From contig NC_092352.1 in the NCBI RefSeq assembly GCF_963676685.1, positions 80,228,001-80,292,000 on the forward strand: DNA of 64,000 nt. Direction: 5' to 3'. A program made the translations under genes and the position numbers. Under the pieces are notes generated by a model. That model was not told the DNA's origin. It was given only the letters and a program-made list of their open reading frames with translations, and made no database searches. Positions 13,330 through 25,650 of the stretch are shown piece after piece (the stretch's first letter is position 1; every line of letters starts with the position of its first letter). The stretch is from Mytilus edulis (Eukaryota).

Positions 13330-13510
13330 CTGGTTTTACACACTGATGTTGTTGGTTCCAAGTTAGCAACTTTTGTTGTATTGTGACAATACTTGAGGTT
13401 AAACGTTGTTCATTAATTTCCAAAGCTGACAGACGGTCATCTGTTTCTGTACACTGAATTCGATAGATCAGAATCATTACAAGAAGACTAACCAGCATTG
13501 TTGTCGTCAT
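13330..13510 (-). CDS. First coding exon of the secreted protein (signal peptide plus short coiled coil)
   Basis: MTTTMLVSLLVMILIYRIQC then TETDDRLSALEINEQRLTSSIVTIQQKLL..CVKP. Acceptor TTTCTTTTCGGATAG lies 2 nt before the ATG. The phase-1 donor GTAAGC joins exon 2 in frame (CVKP-V-SCLDI). Confidence 0.8.
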
Positions 13511-16500
13511 ACCTATCCGAAAAGAAATTGAACCATTACTAGCAATTGTATTGGTAAAATATATTGAAAAATATATATATAATATGTTTATGATATATTT
13601 ATATTGAATTAACAATGAGATTAAATGATAACTAAATAATACCGTTTAGCAATATCCAGCTGGACGTCTAGTTATACTAAATAATCACACATCCACTCAA
13701 TTCGACGTCATTTTACATAACAGTGTAATTGTTGTGCAAAAAAGAAAAGCATACACAATTAACGTTAATACTTGACATCTACAACGTAATAGGATGCAAG
13801 AACGGATATATCTCGTTGTATCAACTATTAGTATAAATATTTTACGCACATGTTATCTTTACAATCTGTAACCAACAGAGTCATATAATTATAAGGGTTT
13901 ATTAGATTTTAACCACAAATATTGATAAATAAACCATGATACCTATCAATTTCATCAATCGATATAGGCGAAAAATCATGACATAAAACAGAAACCGAGA
14001 AAAAACAAATCTGAAACACATGGTTCAAGCTCGGTTCAAGACCTAATATTTACTATTAGACCTTTTCAACCACGCTCAATACCGACATTTGACACATACA
14101 GTTTACAGGAGGAATAAAGGGGTCATATCAAAGACAAGAATCGTTCATGTTTAACATGTTTATTACATTTATATTACATAAAAACTTAGTACTACATATT
14201 CGATGTGATAATAAAAAAACGAATATTTTGCACATTGTTTTGGTTGATTTTCAGACTAGTGTTTTTCACATTTAATACCTAATATCATAAGTTAAAAAAA
14301 ATTCAAAGCATCTCACTCTCAAATCTTTAAAAAAATAGCCAATATATTTTATATTCGAAACTATTACATTTTCGGTAATATGATTATTGATATTTATAGT
14401 TGTTCGATTTTCATTGGAAGTCTGCTTCGCCTACCAACATTCGTTAACTCGTTTTAGGAATGTTATTTTATGACTTTACATTTTAGCATCCCCATAGTAA
14501 AAACATTACAGATAGTAGTGGCTGATCCCGAAATTTTCCTAAGTGAGGACTCATTGACTGCCTAAGAAGAGGCCTGGCCCAGTCATGCATCAGCGATTCT
14601 CTTGTTGACCATTTATGTATATTCTGTAAAACACATCCAGACTCTTATGCATTCTCAATCCAAAAAAATAACTAAACATATAAATCAGTAAATTGTTAAT
14701 AACAACAAACATAACAGTATCGTTGTGATAAATTATAAATTTTGAAACTATAAGGAAACTAAGTTTTCATCTCCCTCAGGCAAAGTTGACTTTTGATAAA
14801 TTTGGCTAATTATTTTAGTTTTTTTTGGTAATAAGCAAACAAGTTTTTTTTCACTTTTCTATTCAATTACGGACCAATTACAATTATATAAGAGCATTAC
14901 TATTTTAAAGACCACCACTTACATTTTACCTGCCGTAGTCGTTGTCAACTGTAAGGATAGACAATTGTTGATAAGGTCTACTGGCTAGGGTGTTGACAAC
15001 TAAACTCAACAATAAGCACTATAAGACGGACAGAGTGTGCTAAGTTCGTATTGGTAGAATCATAAATGGCGTTTTTGTTCTTAGTATTTCTCATTTAAAC
15101 TTATACTTATTGTAGTATATACGGGGTAATAAGGGCAGAGATACAACATTAGTAAAGTACAGGCGCGTTTCTAAAACGTTTTATAGACACCAGTCTTCAA
15201 TTGATAAGAAACTTAACAAATGTTGAATATGTTTCATATACTTGAATGGTCGAGTTTCAATTTATAAAAGTGTACGTAAACTTTATGGTACAATAATCCT
15301 TTATTTTGGCAAGGAAAACTTTGATGAGAAAAAGTAAACAAACGTGTACTGAAAAGTAAGTTAACTAATTTTAAAAGAACATATTCACTCGACTAATCAT
15401 TGAAAACTGTTAATAAAATGTTCACAGATTGGATCACATGAAAAATATAAAAACATATATTCATGATATTGTGGCTCTATTAAATCACTTATCTGTCACA
15501 TGATGCACGTGTATGTATTACTTATTAATGACTCCAACTGATATCACTGCAACAAACTCGAAGTTACAATTATCATTCTATCACCAATCATAACGATAAT
15601 GATTTATAGATTCTTAAATGTGCATACAGGACAACTTACACATTTAACCAGATAACTACGATAATAGGTTAAGGAAAACAAAATGGACAATGCAACATGA
15701 AAAGTGAAAGGTTGTACCAATGTTTAAACAGCAAGTGTGTACAATTGCAGATCTAAATTCTATTAAATGAATCATTGGTATTAGAATCATGGCATACCTT
15801 TGATAAATTGTATATACCTTTCTGTTGTAAAACTTTGCATAAAGTAGAAAAACGACAAAAGTAATAATCTTTACTAACTACATGTACATGTACGTGCAAG
15901 AGCGTGATATATGTATACATACGAACACAATCAATTAGTGGTCTTTCCGGGATTCGATAACATTTTAATGGGAAATTTACAAAGAAAAATATTACTACAG
16001 AACGGAATCAACGATTTTTCAAATTAACCAACATTTTGAATAGGAGACAGACAGTGTGTTCAAGTACCCATCTTTTTAGTTACAGTTATCAATGGTATTT
16101 ACTGTTCCTTGTCATGTGAACTATTTATCTAGTGTACGGTTTTACTTAGAATGCGAACTGTTGATAGCTCCCGTGATGCCGACATTTCAAATGAGTAGTC
16201 TCTTTAAATATATCGTATTGATAAGTTTTGTATTCTACAATTCTCGTCGTATTTAGATTAAACAATATTCTTGACTACTCGTGCCCATAACGGTATTCTG
16301 AAATATAATAGTTGTGATGCAAACCGCTGGTATCGGCATTTGAATTACGCCACTAGAGATTATATAATGCTATCTATTGGGTTACAATTATCTTAATTGA
16401 GAAATACTACAAATATTCACTTGTTCGCAAACATTGTCGTGCAAGTAATTATTACAATAATGGTACTTATATCATTTTGCAGTAACATTTCAATCTAAAC

Positions 16501-16722
16501 AAATGAAAAACTAAAACAAAGATAATTACTTTATATCTCTCATGAAACCAAAGTTCTGTATAAGTTAAACGTGTTAAACGCGGAATTAAAACTGTTGTCT
16601 TATTGTTTTGCAGCTATTGCATATGCATGCTGTTTTATTCTGTAGATATATGTCGACATGTACATAGTCACGTCGTCTTCAGACCAATTAGCACATTACT
16701 TATGAGCTGATAAAACTGGTAG

Positions 16723-16926
16723 ATAGATTGATTGGTTGATTGATTGATTGTTGGTATTTTAACGCCACTTTTAGGCGCCACATTTGGGCTATTTCGTGGC
16801 GGCCAGTTTAAATTGGTGGACGAAGCCGGAGTGCACGGAGAAAACCACAGACCTTCGATAGGAAAACTGACAATCCTAGTCAATAAAGGTTGACGCCGAG
16901 TGCACCAGCACGGGCGGGGTTCAAAC
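16723..16926 (-). mobile_element. 5'-truncated tRNA-derived SINE with V-domain-like core and (CAAT)n tail
   Basis: Minus strand: B-box-like GTTTGAACCCC, core GGTTTTCTCCGTGCACTCCGGCTTCGTCCACC, tail AAAGTGGCGTTAAAATACCAACAATCAATC. Confidence 0.75.
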
Positions 16927-19900
16927 TTTTGAAAAGCTTTTGGTTTACAAAATGGTTAATACAGCTTATTCTGAATTTAAACTGAGAGCCATAACATGTA
17001 CCTATTTTTCCAGTTTTTTTTAAAGTTCATTATCAGTTTTCAAATATCATATGTTGTGCATGTCTTTTACAAAATGCAAAAGCTATTCATGAATGCATAT
17101 TATCAGGTGCCAGCTGAAGCCCGTCTTCGGATGCGGGATTTTCATTGTTGGCCTTCTGCTCTTTGGTCGGGTTGTTGTCACCTTGACACAATCCCCATTT
17201 CCATTCTAAATTGTTTTCGTTCATGTTCATAATTAAATTTTACAATGGCAGTAACAGATGAATGAGTGCTTTGCTCACAAGAATCTGATAACACACCGTT
17301 CATACCTCGGGATATCTAATATAAGTCAATAAACTTCCACCCTTGAAAAATTTTTGAAGTTGTGTATCTTTTTACAAAACCATTGGTATCCGAAAGGTCT
17401 ATAACACAGAATTAGAACGGAGTATTGTCAAATCCATGTAAGCGAAGTGTGGAAATAGTATTTGTATTTCATCTAACTTGGATGTAAATGACCTATTCAT
17501 TAATTCTGTCAATCAAATCAATGCTGATATTCTTTTTAACTCTCTATCAATTTCAGTAGGATAACATACGAAAAAACTATGTTCCCATATATTGGACTTG
17601 ATATACCAGTTTTCATTAATACACAAAAGGGACTTCTAAACGGAAAATATACCAAAAAGGGAAAAAATGAAATCATACAAGACATTATTAAAATTATCGA
17701 TCAAACCCAAAGTCACCAGGAAGCACATGCCATGATACCAATGTTTAAATCTATATTAACGAGTAATTATTGTAAGCTAAACGGGGAATACAGATGTATT
17801 TAAGGTCGGAATGAAATACCGTCTTCTATATTTATGTGCCTGTCAAATGCCAGGTTACCGTATGTCTTATATTTATAACATATTTTTGTTTATTTAGAGA
17901 ATTAGGTTCTGATGGTACTTCTTTGATCGTATATGAATCCCTCAACTTTTTAGACTCGAGACGATTGACACCATAGTGGTCTTTATTTATGTATATCGTA
18001 GGGTTGCTTTTTTAAATGAATTTTGAAAAACTTTTTTTTTCCATTAGGGACCAAATGGTTGATTAGGTCAGAAAAGTATAGTTTCCTGGATGTTTTTCTC
18101 TAAGGTAAGAGATATGCCTAAGAGATATGCAGTGGAATAGAAACGTTTTCGACGCCACGTGTAATGTATGCAGTGTGTAATACTTTCTGTTAAAAAAAAC
18201 CTTCACACAAACTCACAGAAATACCGGATCCTTGGTGGTAAATTGCCATGCAAAATTACCTGCCCAATCCAACATGCGTCCTTGTTTTGACCATGTTTGT
18301 ACAACAAGTGCAGAACAATTAGCCATATCTATTTCATAGCAGTAAGCCGACTTATCTATCGAATTTATTGTAAATTTGTATTAGTTCTGAATATGCATGA
18401 TTTTTGTGTGCTAAAGAAACAACAACAATCAATCAACACATGTTCATACATTATTTCAGCTTAAAAATTATAGCCGCTTTTAGTTGTTTTTGTTTTTGTA
18501 ATTGAAATTGGAACATTTATTTTGTTTCAGTATTTTGACGAATATCATACAAGGGATCCCAAATATCATACGTTTAACCATTTTGACCTGTTTTGTTTTG
18601 TTTAAATTGTTATTTTTTCTATACAGTAAAGACACATTTTATACTTGTGAACACATAGTATTTTAAAGTTTCTTGACTTCATTTGTATACGTCTGTTGTT
18701 CATATCTCTATATAAAAAAGAAGAGGCCGTACCAATCAAAACTATCTACCAATGTTTAAAAAGACAGGCATTTAAGTAAGCAACTGGAGGTCACTATACG
18801 GCCTTCATTAATGAGAAACAACAAATACCGTAAAATTTAAAATGCCCTTACATGACAGACGTGAAATAAGATAAACTTCAAAATAAGCAAAAAGCAAAAA
18901 AAAAAATGGCCTGATTTATGAATGACAAAAACAAGAGAAAAACAAATATAACAATGCATATCCTTGTTCAGTGTGTTGTGTTATGTTGCTTTTTCTCTTG
19001 CTTTACATTTTCCCAAATCGTCGTTTTATTCGTTTAATTTTTTTCTGGTTTGAATTATCTTCAACTACTACATGTTTACCCCGAGACAAAATTGCCTTAG
19101 CCTTATTTGGCTTTTTTTTTGTTGAAAAATTCAGTTTTAATACTCTTTAACAAATTTTATAAATAAAGAAGGGGAACCATGATCAAACGTAAAGTTAAAA
19201 TATGGATTTTATTTGAGTTATCGACAAAACTATCTAGTTGTTTTATTTTGTTTCCCACTGTCTCTTTTCAACCTGTACTCCACTCATAAGTCATACTCAT
19301 TGCAAGGGATAAAGGTCATATTCGTCGACAGTTAAATGAGATTGATGAGAAATTACTGGAACATAAATTTATGTTATCTCGTGTCTTGGCTCGTCCGTTA
19401 ATGATATGTTTTTTTCCTAAATCAGCTTATCATGCCTGTGTACTAAAGACTATTAATTATTATTGTTTGATAACCATAATCTATTTTCCGTGTTAAGTAA
19501 TCACCCCTGCAGACCAAAAATGTGTCTTCAAAGAAATCAAAGTGTTTTCTTATTTATCTAGCCGTTATAAAAAAAAAACGCTATTGTTCACGCTGAAAAT
19601 AAAATTACCTGCATGGAGGTATTAATTGATCATACCAAAATTATTACAATAACCGCTATAGAGATATCTGAAATATTACCGTACGACTAGTCTAGAGATG
19701 ATAATTATAATGTTTAAAAAGAATTCTTCTTTTAATTACTCTTTACTTCATCCTATATTTATTATTTATATATGTATAAAAAAATGTATCACCATTTTGG
19801 CGTCGTCATATTTGGTTATTTGAATTAATTAACAAGCTATATATTTTGTGGAAGGATTCTTATCTAAATATTTCAATTACAAAGGAAATATATTGAGATA

Positions 19901-20563
19901 ACAATACTGCTGTTAACGTATTATTGGTATTGCGTATGCATGCTGTCCTGTTCGGTAGACATATGTCGCCATGTACATAGTCACGTCGTCCTCAGACCAA
20001 TACGTACATTACTTATGAGCTGATAAAATTAGTAGAAAATATTTACTTTAGTTTGTATATGCCTAAAACTTTATCAAAAGCTAAATGAATAATTTCTCCT
20101 GTATTGTTGATTTGTTATCAAAAAGTAAAATAACAAAAATACCGAACTCTGATAAAAATTCAAAACGGAAATTCCCTCATCAAATGGCAAAATCAAAAGC
20201 TTAAATACATCAAACAAATGGATAATAACTGTCATATGTCTGGCTTGGCACAGACAAACCGCACATCTTTTTATTTCAAATTCAAACTATAATTTGACGT
20301 ATCGACATTTCTAAATAAATCGGCAGTTTTTAAGGATGAAGGACGTAAAATCCAAGTTTTAAGAAATACATGTAACTCTTCAAATCAATTCGACGTTTGT
20401 GTCAATCCCTTTCGTCAAGTGTTTTAATCTTTCAATACTATATGCAACTAGTTTCTTGAAATTATTAGGTTAAGGAAATTATTCAACCAATATGTGTATT
20501 ACATGTTTACGTACCCTTAACGTTTATAAGTAAAATTGATGAGATATTTGGTATGTAAAAATT

Positions 20564-21748
20564 GTGTTTTTCAGATTGTCCCACTTTTAAAATTCCAGGT
20601 AAAAAAGTAATAACATTTTATGGGACAATCAGGAATATGTTTGTGGGACAATTTGAAAGTTTAAATGTTAAACAATTGGGAATTGTTTTGATAGTGGTTA
20701 ATTTGTTTTATAGTGTGTAGGAGGTTAATTACAGGTTACTCATCAATGTAACTTATAAAATATAAAAAAAACATGAACAAATGATAATATTTACATATTA
20801 TATCCTCAAAATGGAATATAATATGAAGTCAACAAATTTTAGTCTCAGATGCATGATTTTTTTATTAAGTTTTTATTGGCTTTCAATAAGCTGTCAGTAA
20901 CTGCGATTACTCTTTGATCTGTACTTACCGTCTTTGTTGTTTGGATGCAAAATTTGTCTTTGTTTTTGTAAGATGCATTTCTATGTGTCAACTGAATTTA
21001 ATAGTTTATTCTTATGTTGTACTGTTACAACACTGTCCCAGGTTAGTGAGATGTTTGGCGCCTTGAAATAAGTTTAACCCCGCCACATTATGTATGTGCC
21101 TGTCCCAAGGCAGGAGCCTGTAATTCAGTGGTTGTCGTTTATTGCTGTGTAACATATTTGTTTTTCGTCTATTATTTGTACATAAATTAGGTCTTTAGTT
21201 TTTCTCGTTGTAACTGGTATACATTTTTTACATCGGGGTCTTTTAAAGCTGACTATGCGGTATGGGCTAGTGGGAACATCTCTCCTTCAACAATTTTGTG
21301 TAGAGTGTAAAATGTAAATGAGTTTATACCGTCTTTTTTTAAATTGCATGCATTTTTTTCTAAATTTATCTAAAAACTTATTGAGAAAATATAATTAAAA
21401 TTACGGTATTGACATTTGTTTTATAAGAACCAAGAAATTGTATATTTGAATATACAATTTATTAATAACGTACCATTGTTGGTACATTTCATAAATCAGA
21501 ATTATTATATTTTATTAATCCACAATGCATTAATCTAATGATTTAAAAAACATTTTGTTTTATACTTTTATAAAATTAACATTAAATTTGCAATAATTAA
21601 TTCTTGTTTATATAGCAAAACAAACACCAGTTACATTGTTTATCTAAGAACATCTTACTTTAACAATAATGTGGGACAATCAGAACTTTTCATGTGGAAC
21701 AATCAGAACTCTAAAATTTTAAAAAGTGAGACAATCTGGAAAACAACC
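20564..21748. mobile_element. Non-autonomous Mutator-like (MULE) TIR element with a nested PLE family B 3' fragment (~20840-21267)
   Basis: ~30-bp TIRs GTTTTTCAGATTGTCCCACTTTTAAAATT and AATTTTAAAAAGTGAGACAATCTGGAAAAC. 9-bp TSD GTAAAAATT at 20555-20563 and 21749-21757. Empty site at ~26968 in the paralogous unit. Internal GGGACAAT repeats. Confidence 0.85.
21031..21130 (+). ncRNA. Decayed type-P5 twister ribozyme motif (PLE family B)
   Basis: P5 CAGGUU/AGCCUG. Core UAA CCCC GC CACAU..AUGUG CCUG U CCC AA GG CAGG A. Substitutions in the GGGGAGGG strand and in T2. Confidence 0.65.
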
Positions 21749-24700
21749 GTAAAAATTTATAACAAACTCTTCCGAGGTACCATGATTATAACGGAAAAAA
21801 AGAGTATAAATTGCTATTAAAATTATTAAAAAACAAAGCTGAAGAATATTGAGTTTAGATATTGTTTTGCAGATGATGACTCTAAAGTCAATATAATCTT
21901 GCAATAATGATTACTATAATAATTGTTATCACATATGTCCGTAAATGTCCTCCCTGATCTGAACACCGAGTCTGATATTAGTACTGGTATTATAATATAA
22001 AAGATAACTGTATTGATCACATAACGCATTGTCACTAATATTCATTCAATTTAAGCCTTCAAAAATTATTAGATAGACCAAGCACTGTGATATATAGTGT
22101 TTTTACATTTGCATTATGTTTTTAATTAACGGTTCATATTGGTTTTGTGAAATTTTTTTAAATAAGTAAACAATGTCTGGTGCTTTAGTGCGTTCTGTTT
22201 TGCTAGTAAGACGAACGTTTGAAAGAAGAAATAATCCTTTTTTAATAAGAGATAATATCCGTTTATATATAGTCTCTTCGAAATTATCATTTGCCAGTAG
22301 TAGATATTGCATACGCATGTGTTTGAAAAGCTTTTGGTTTACAAAATGGTTAAAACAGGTTATTCTGAATTTAAATTGAGGGTCATAACATGTACCTATT
22401 TTTCCTGGGTTTTTTTTCATTATCAGTTTTCAAATATGTTGTGCATGTCTTTTACAAAATGCAAAAGCTATTCATGAATGCATATTATCAGGTGCCAGCT
22501 GAAGCCCGCCCGGGTGCGGGATTTTCATTGTTGGCCTTCTGCTCTTTGGTCGGGTTGTTGTCACCTTGACACAATCCCCATTTCCATTCTAAATTGTTTT
22601 CATTCATGTTCATAATTAAATTTTACAATGGCAGTAACCGATAAATGAGTGCTTTGCTCACAAGGATCTGATAACACACCGGTCATGCCTTGGGTTATCT
22701 AATATAAGTCAATAAACTTCCACCCTTGAAAAATTTTGAAGTTGTGTATCTTTTTACAATTTTTACAATTCCACATTGGTATCCGAAAGGTCTATAACAC
22801 AGAATTAGAACGGAGTATTGTCAAATCCATGTAAGCGAAGTGTGGACATAGTATTTGTATTTCATCTAACTTGGATGTAAATGAACTATTCATTAATTCT
22901 GTCATTCAAATCAATGCTGATATTCTTTTTAACTCTCTATTAATTTCAGTAGGATAACATACGAAAAAACTATGTTCTCATATATTGGACTTGATTTACC
23001 AGTTTTTATTAATACACAAAAGGGACTTCTAAACGGCAAATATACCAAAAAGGGAAAAAATGAAATCGTACAAGACATTATAAAACTTATCGATCAAACC
23101 CAAAGTCATCAGGAAGCTGATGCCATGATCCCAATGTTTTAATCATTATTAATGACTAATTATTGTAAGCTAAATGGGAATACAGATGTATTTAAGGTCG
23201 GAATGAAATACCGTCTTTTATATTTATGTGCCTGTCAAATGCAAGGTAACCGTATGTCTTATATTTATAACATATTTTTGTTTATTTAGAGAATTAGGTT
23301 CTGATGGTAATTCGTTGATCGTATTTGAATTCCTCAACTTTTTAGACTCGAGACGATTGGCACCATAGTGCTCTTTATTTATGTATATCGTAGGCTTGCT
23401 TTTTTCAATGAATTTTGAAAAACATTTTTTTTTCCATTAGGGACCAAATGGTTGATTAGGTCAGAAAAGAAAAGTTACCTGGATGTTTTTCTCTAAAGTA
23501 AGAGATATGCCTAAGAGATATGCAGTGGAATAAAAAAGTTTTCGACGCCACGTGTAAATTAGGTAGTGTATAATACTTTCTGTTAAAAAAACCTTCACAC
23601 AAACTCACAGAAATACCGGATCCTTGGTGGTAAATTGCCATGCAAAATTACCTGGCCAATCCAACATGCGTCCTTGTTTTGACCATGTTTGTACAACAAG
23701 TGCAGAACAATTAGCCATATCTATTTCATGGCAGGAAGCCCACTTACCTATCGAATTTGTTGTAAATTTGTATTAGTCCTGCATATGCATGATTTTGTTG
23801 TTCTAAAGAAACAACAACAATCAATCAACACATATTCATACATTATTTCAGCTGAAAAATTATAGCCGCTTTTAGTTGTTTTTTGTTTTTTTGTAATTGA
23901 AATTGGAACATTTATTTTGTTTCAGTATTTTGACGAATATTATACAAGGGATCCCAAATCTCATACGTTTAACCATTTTGACCTGTCTTTGTTTTTTTTA
24001 ATTTGTTATTCTATGCAGTAAAGACACATTTTATACTAGTGAACACATAGTATTTTAAAGTTTCGTGACTTCATATGTGTACGTCTGTTGTTCATATCTC
24101 TATATAAAAAAAGAGGTCGTACCAATCACAGCTGTCTACCAAAGTTTAAAAAGACATGCATTTAAGTAAGCAACTGTAGATCACTATACGGCCTTCAATA
24201 ATGAGAAACAACCAATACCGTAAAATATAAAATGCCCTTACATGACAGACGTGAAATAATATAAACTTCAAAATAAGCAAAAATCAAAAATAATGGCCTG
24301 ATTTATGCATGACAAAAACAAGAGAAAAACAAATATAACAATGCATGTCCTTTTTCAGTGTGTTGTGTTATGTTGCTTTTTCTCTTGCTTTACATTTTCC
24401 CAAATCGTCGTTTTATTCGTTTAACTTTTTTCTGGTTTGAATTATCTTCAACTACTACATGTTTACCCCGAAACAACATTGCCTTAGCCTTATATGGCAT
24501 TTTATTGTTGAAAAATTCAGCTTTGATACTCTTTAACAAATTTTATAAATAAAGAAGGGAACCATGATCAAACGTTAAGTTAAAATATGGATTTTATTTG
24601 AGCTATCGACAAAACTATCTAGTTGTTTTATTTTGTTTCCCACTGTCTCTTTTAAACCTGTACTCCACTCATAAGTCATACTCATTGCAAGGGATTAAGG

Positions 24701-25650
24701 TCATATCGTCGACAGTTAAGTGAGATTGATGAGAAATTACTGGGACATAAATTTATGTTATATCGTGTCTTTGCTCGTCCGTTAATGATATGTTGTTGTT
24801 TTTTCTAGATCAGCTTATCATGCCTGTGTACTAAAGATTATTCATTATTATTGTTTGATAACCATAATTTATTTTCCGTGTTAAGTAATCACCCCTGCAG
24901 ACCGAAAATGAAAGAAATCAAAGGATTTTCGTATTTATCTAGCCGTTATAAAGAAACGCTATTGTTTACGCTGAATATAAAATTAGCTGCATGGAGGTAT
25001 TAATTGATCATACCAAAAGTATTACAATTAGCGCTATAGAGATATCTGAAATATCACTGTACGACTAGTCTAGAGATAATGATTATAATGTTTAAAAGGA
25101 ATTCATCTTTTAATTACTCATTACTTCATCCTATATTTATTATTTATATATGTATAAAAAAATGTCTCACCATTTTGGCGTCGTTATATTTGATTATGTG
25201 AATTAATTAACAAGCTATATATTTTGTGGAAGGATTCTTATCTGAATATTTCAATAACAAAGGAAACATATTGAGATAACAATACTGCTGTTAACGTATT
25301 ATTGGTATTGCGTATGCATGCTGTCCTGTTCGGTAGACATATGTCGCCATGTACATAGTCACGTCGTCTTCAGACCAATACGTACATTACTTATGAGCTG
25401 ATAAAATTAGTAGAAATATTTACTATAGTTTGTATATGCCTAAAACTTTACCAAAAGCTAAATAAATAATGTGTTATCAAAAAGTAAAATGACAAAAATA
25501 CCGAACTCTGATAAAAATTCAAAACGGAAATTCTCTAATCAAATGACAAAACCAAAAGCTCAAATACATCAAAGAAATGAATAATTACTGTCATATTCCT
25601 GGCCTTGGTACAGACAAACTGCAAACCTTTGTTTCAAATTCAAACTATAA

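Noticed and set aside
21719-22420. Short ORFs recurring in the triplication (also 27086-27289)
   Set aside because: They recur only because of the duplication. Frames are not preserved and no domain or splice pattern is evident.
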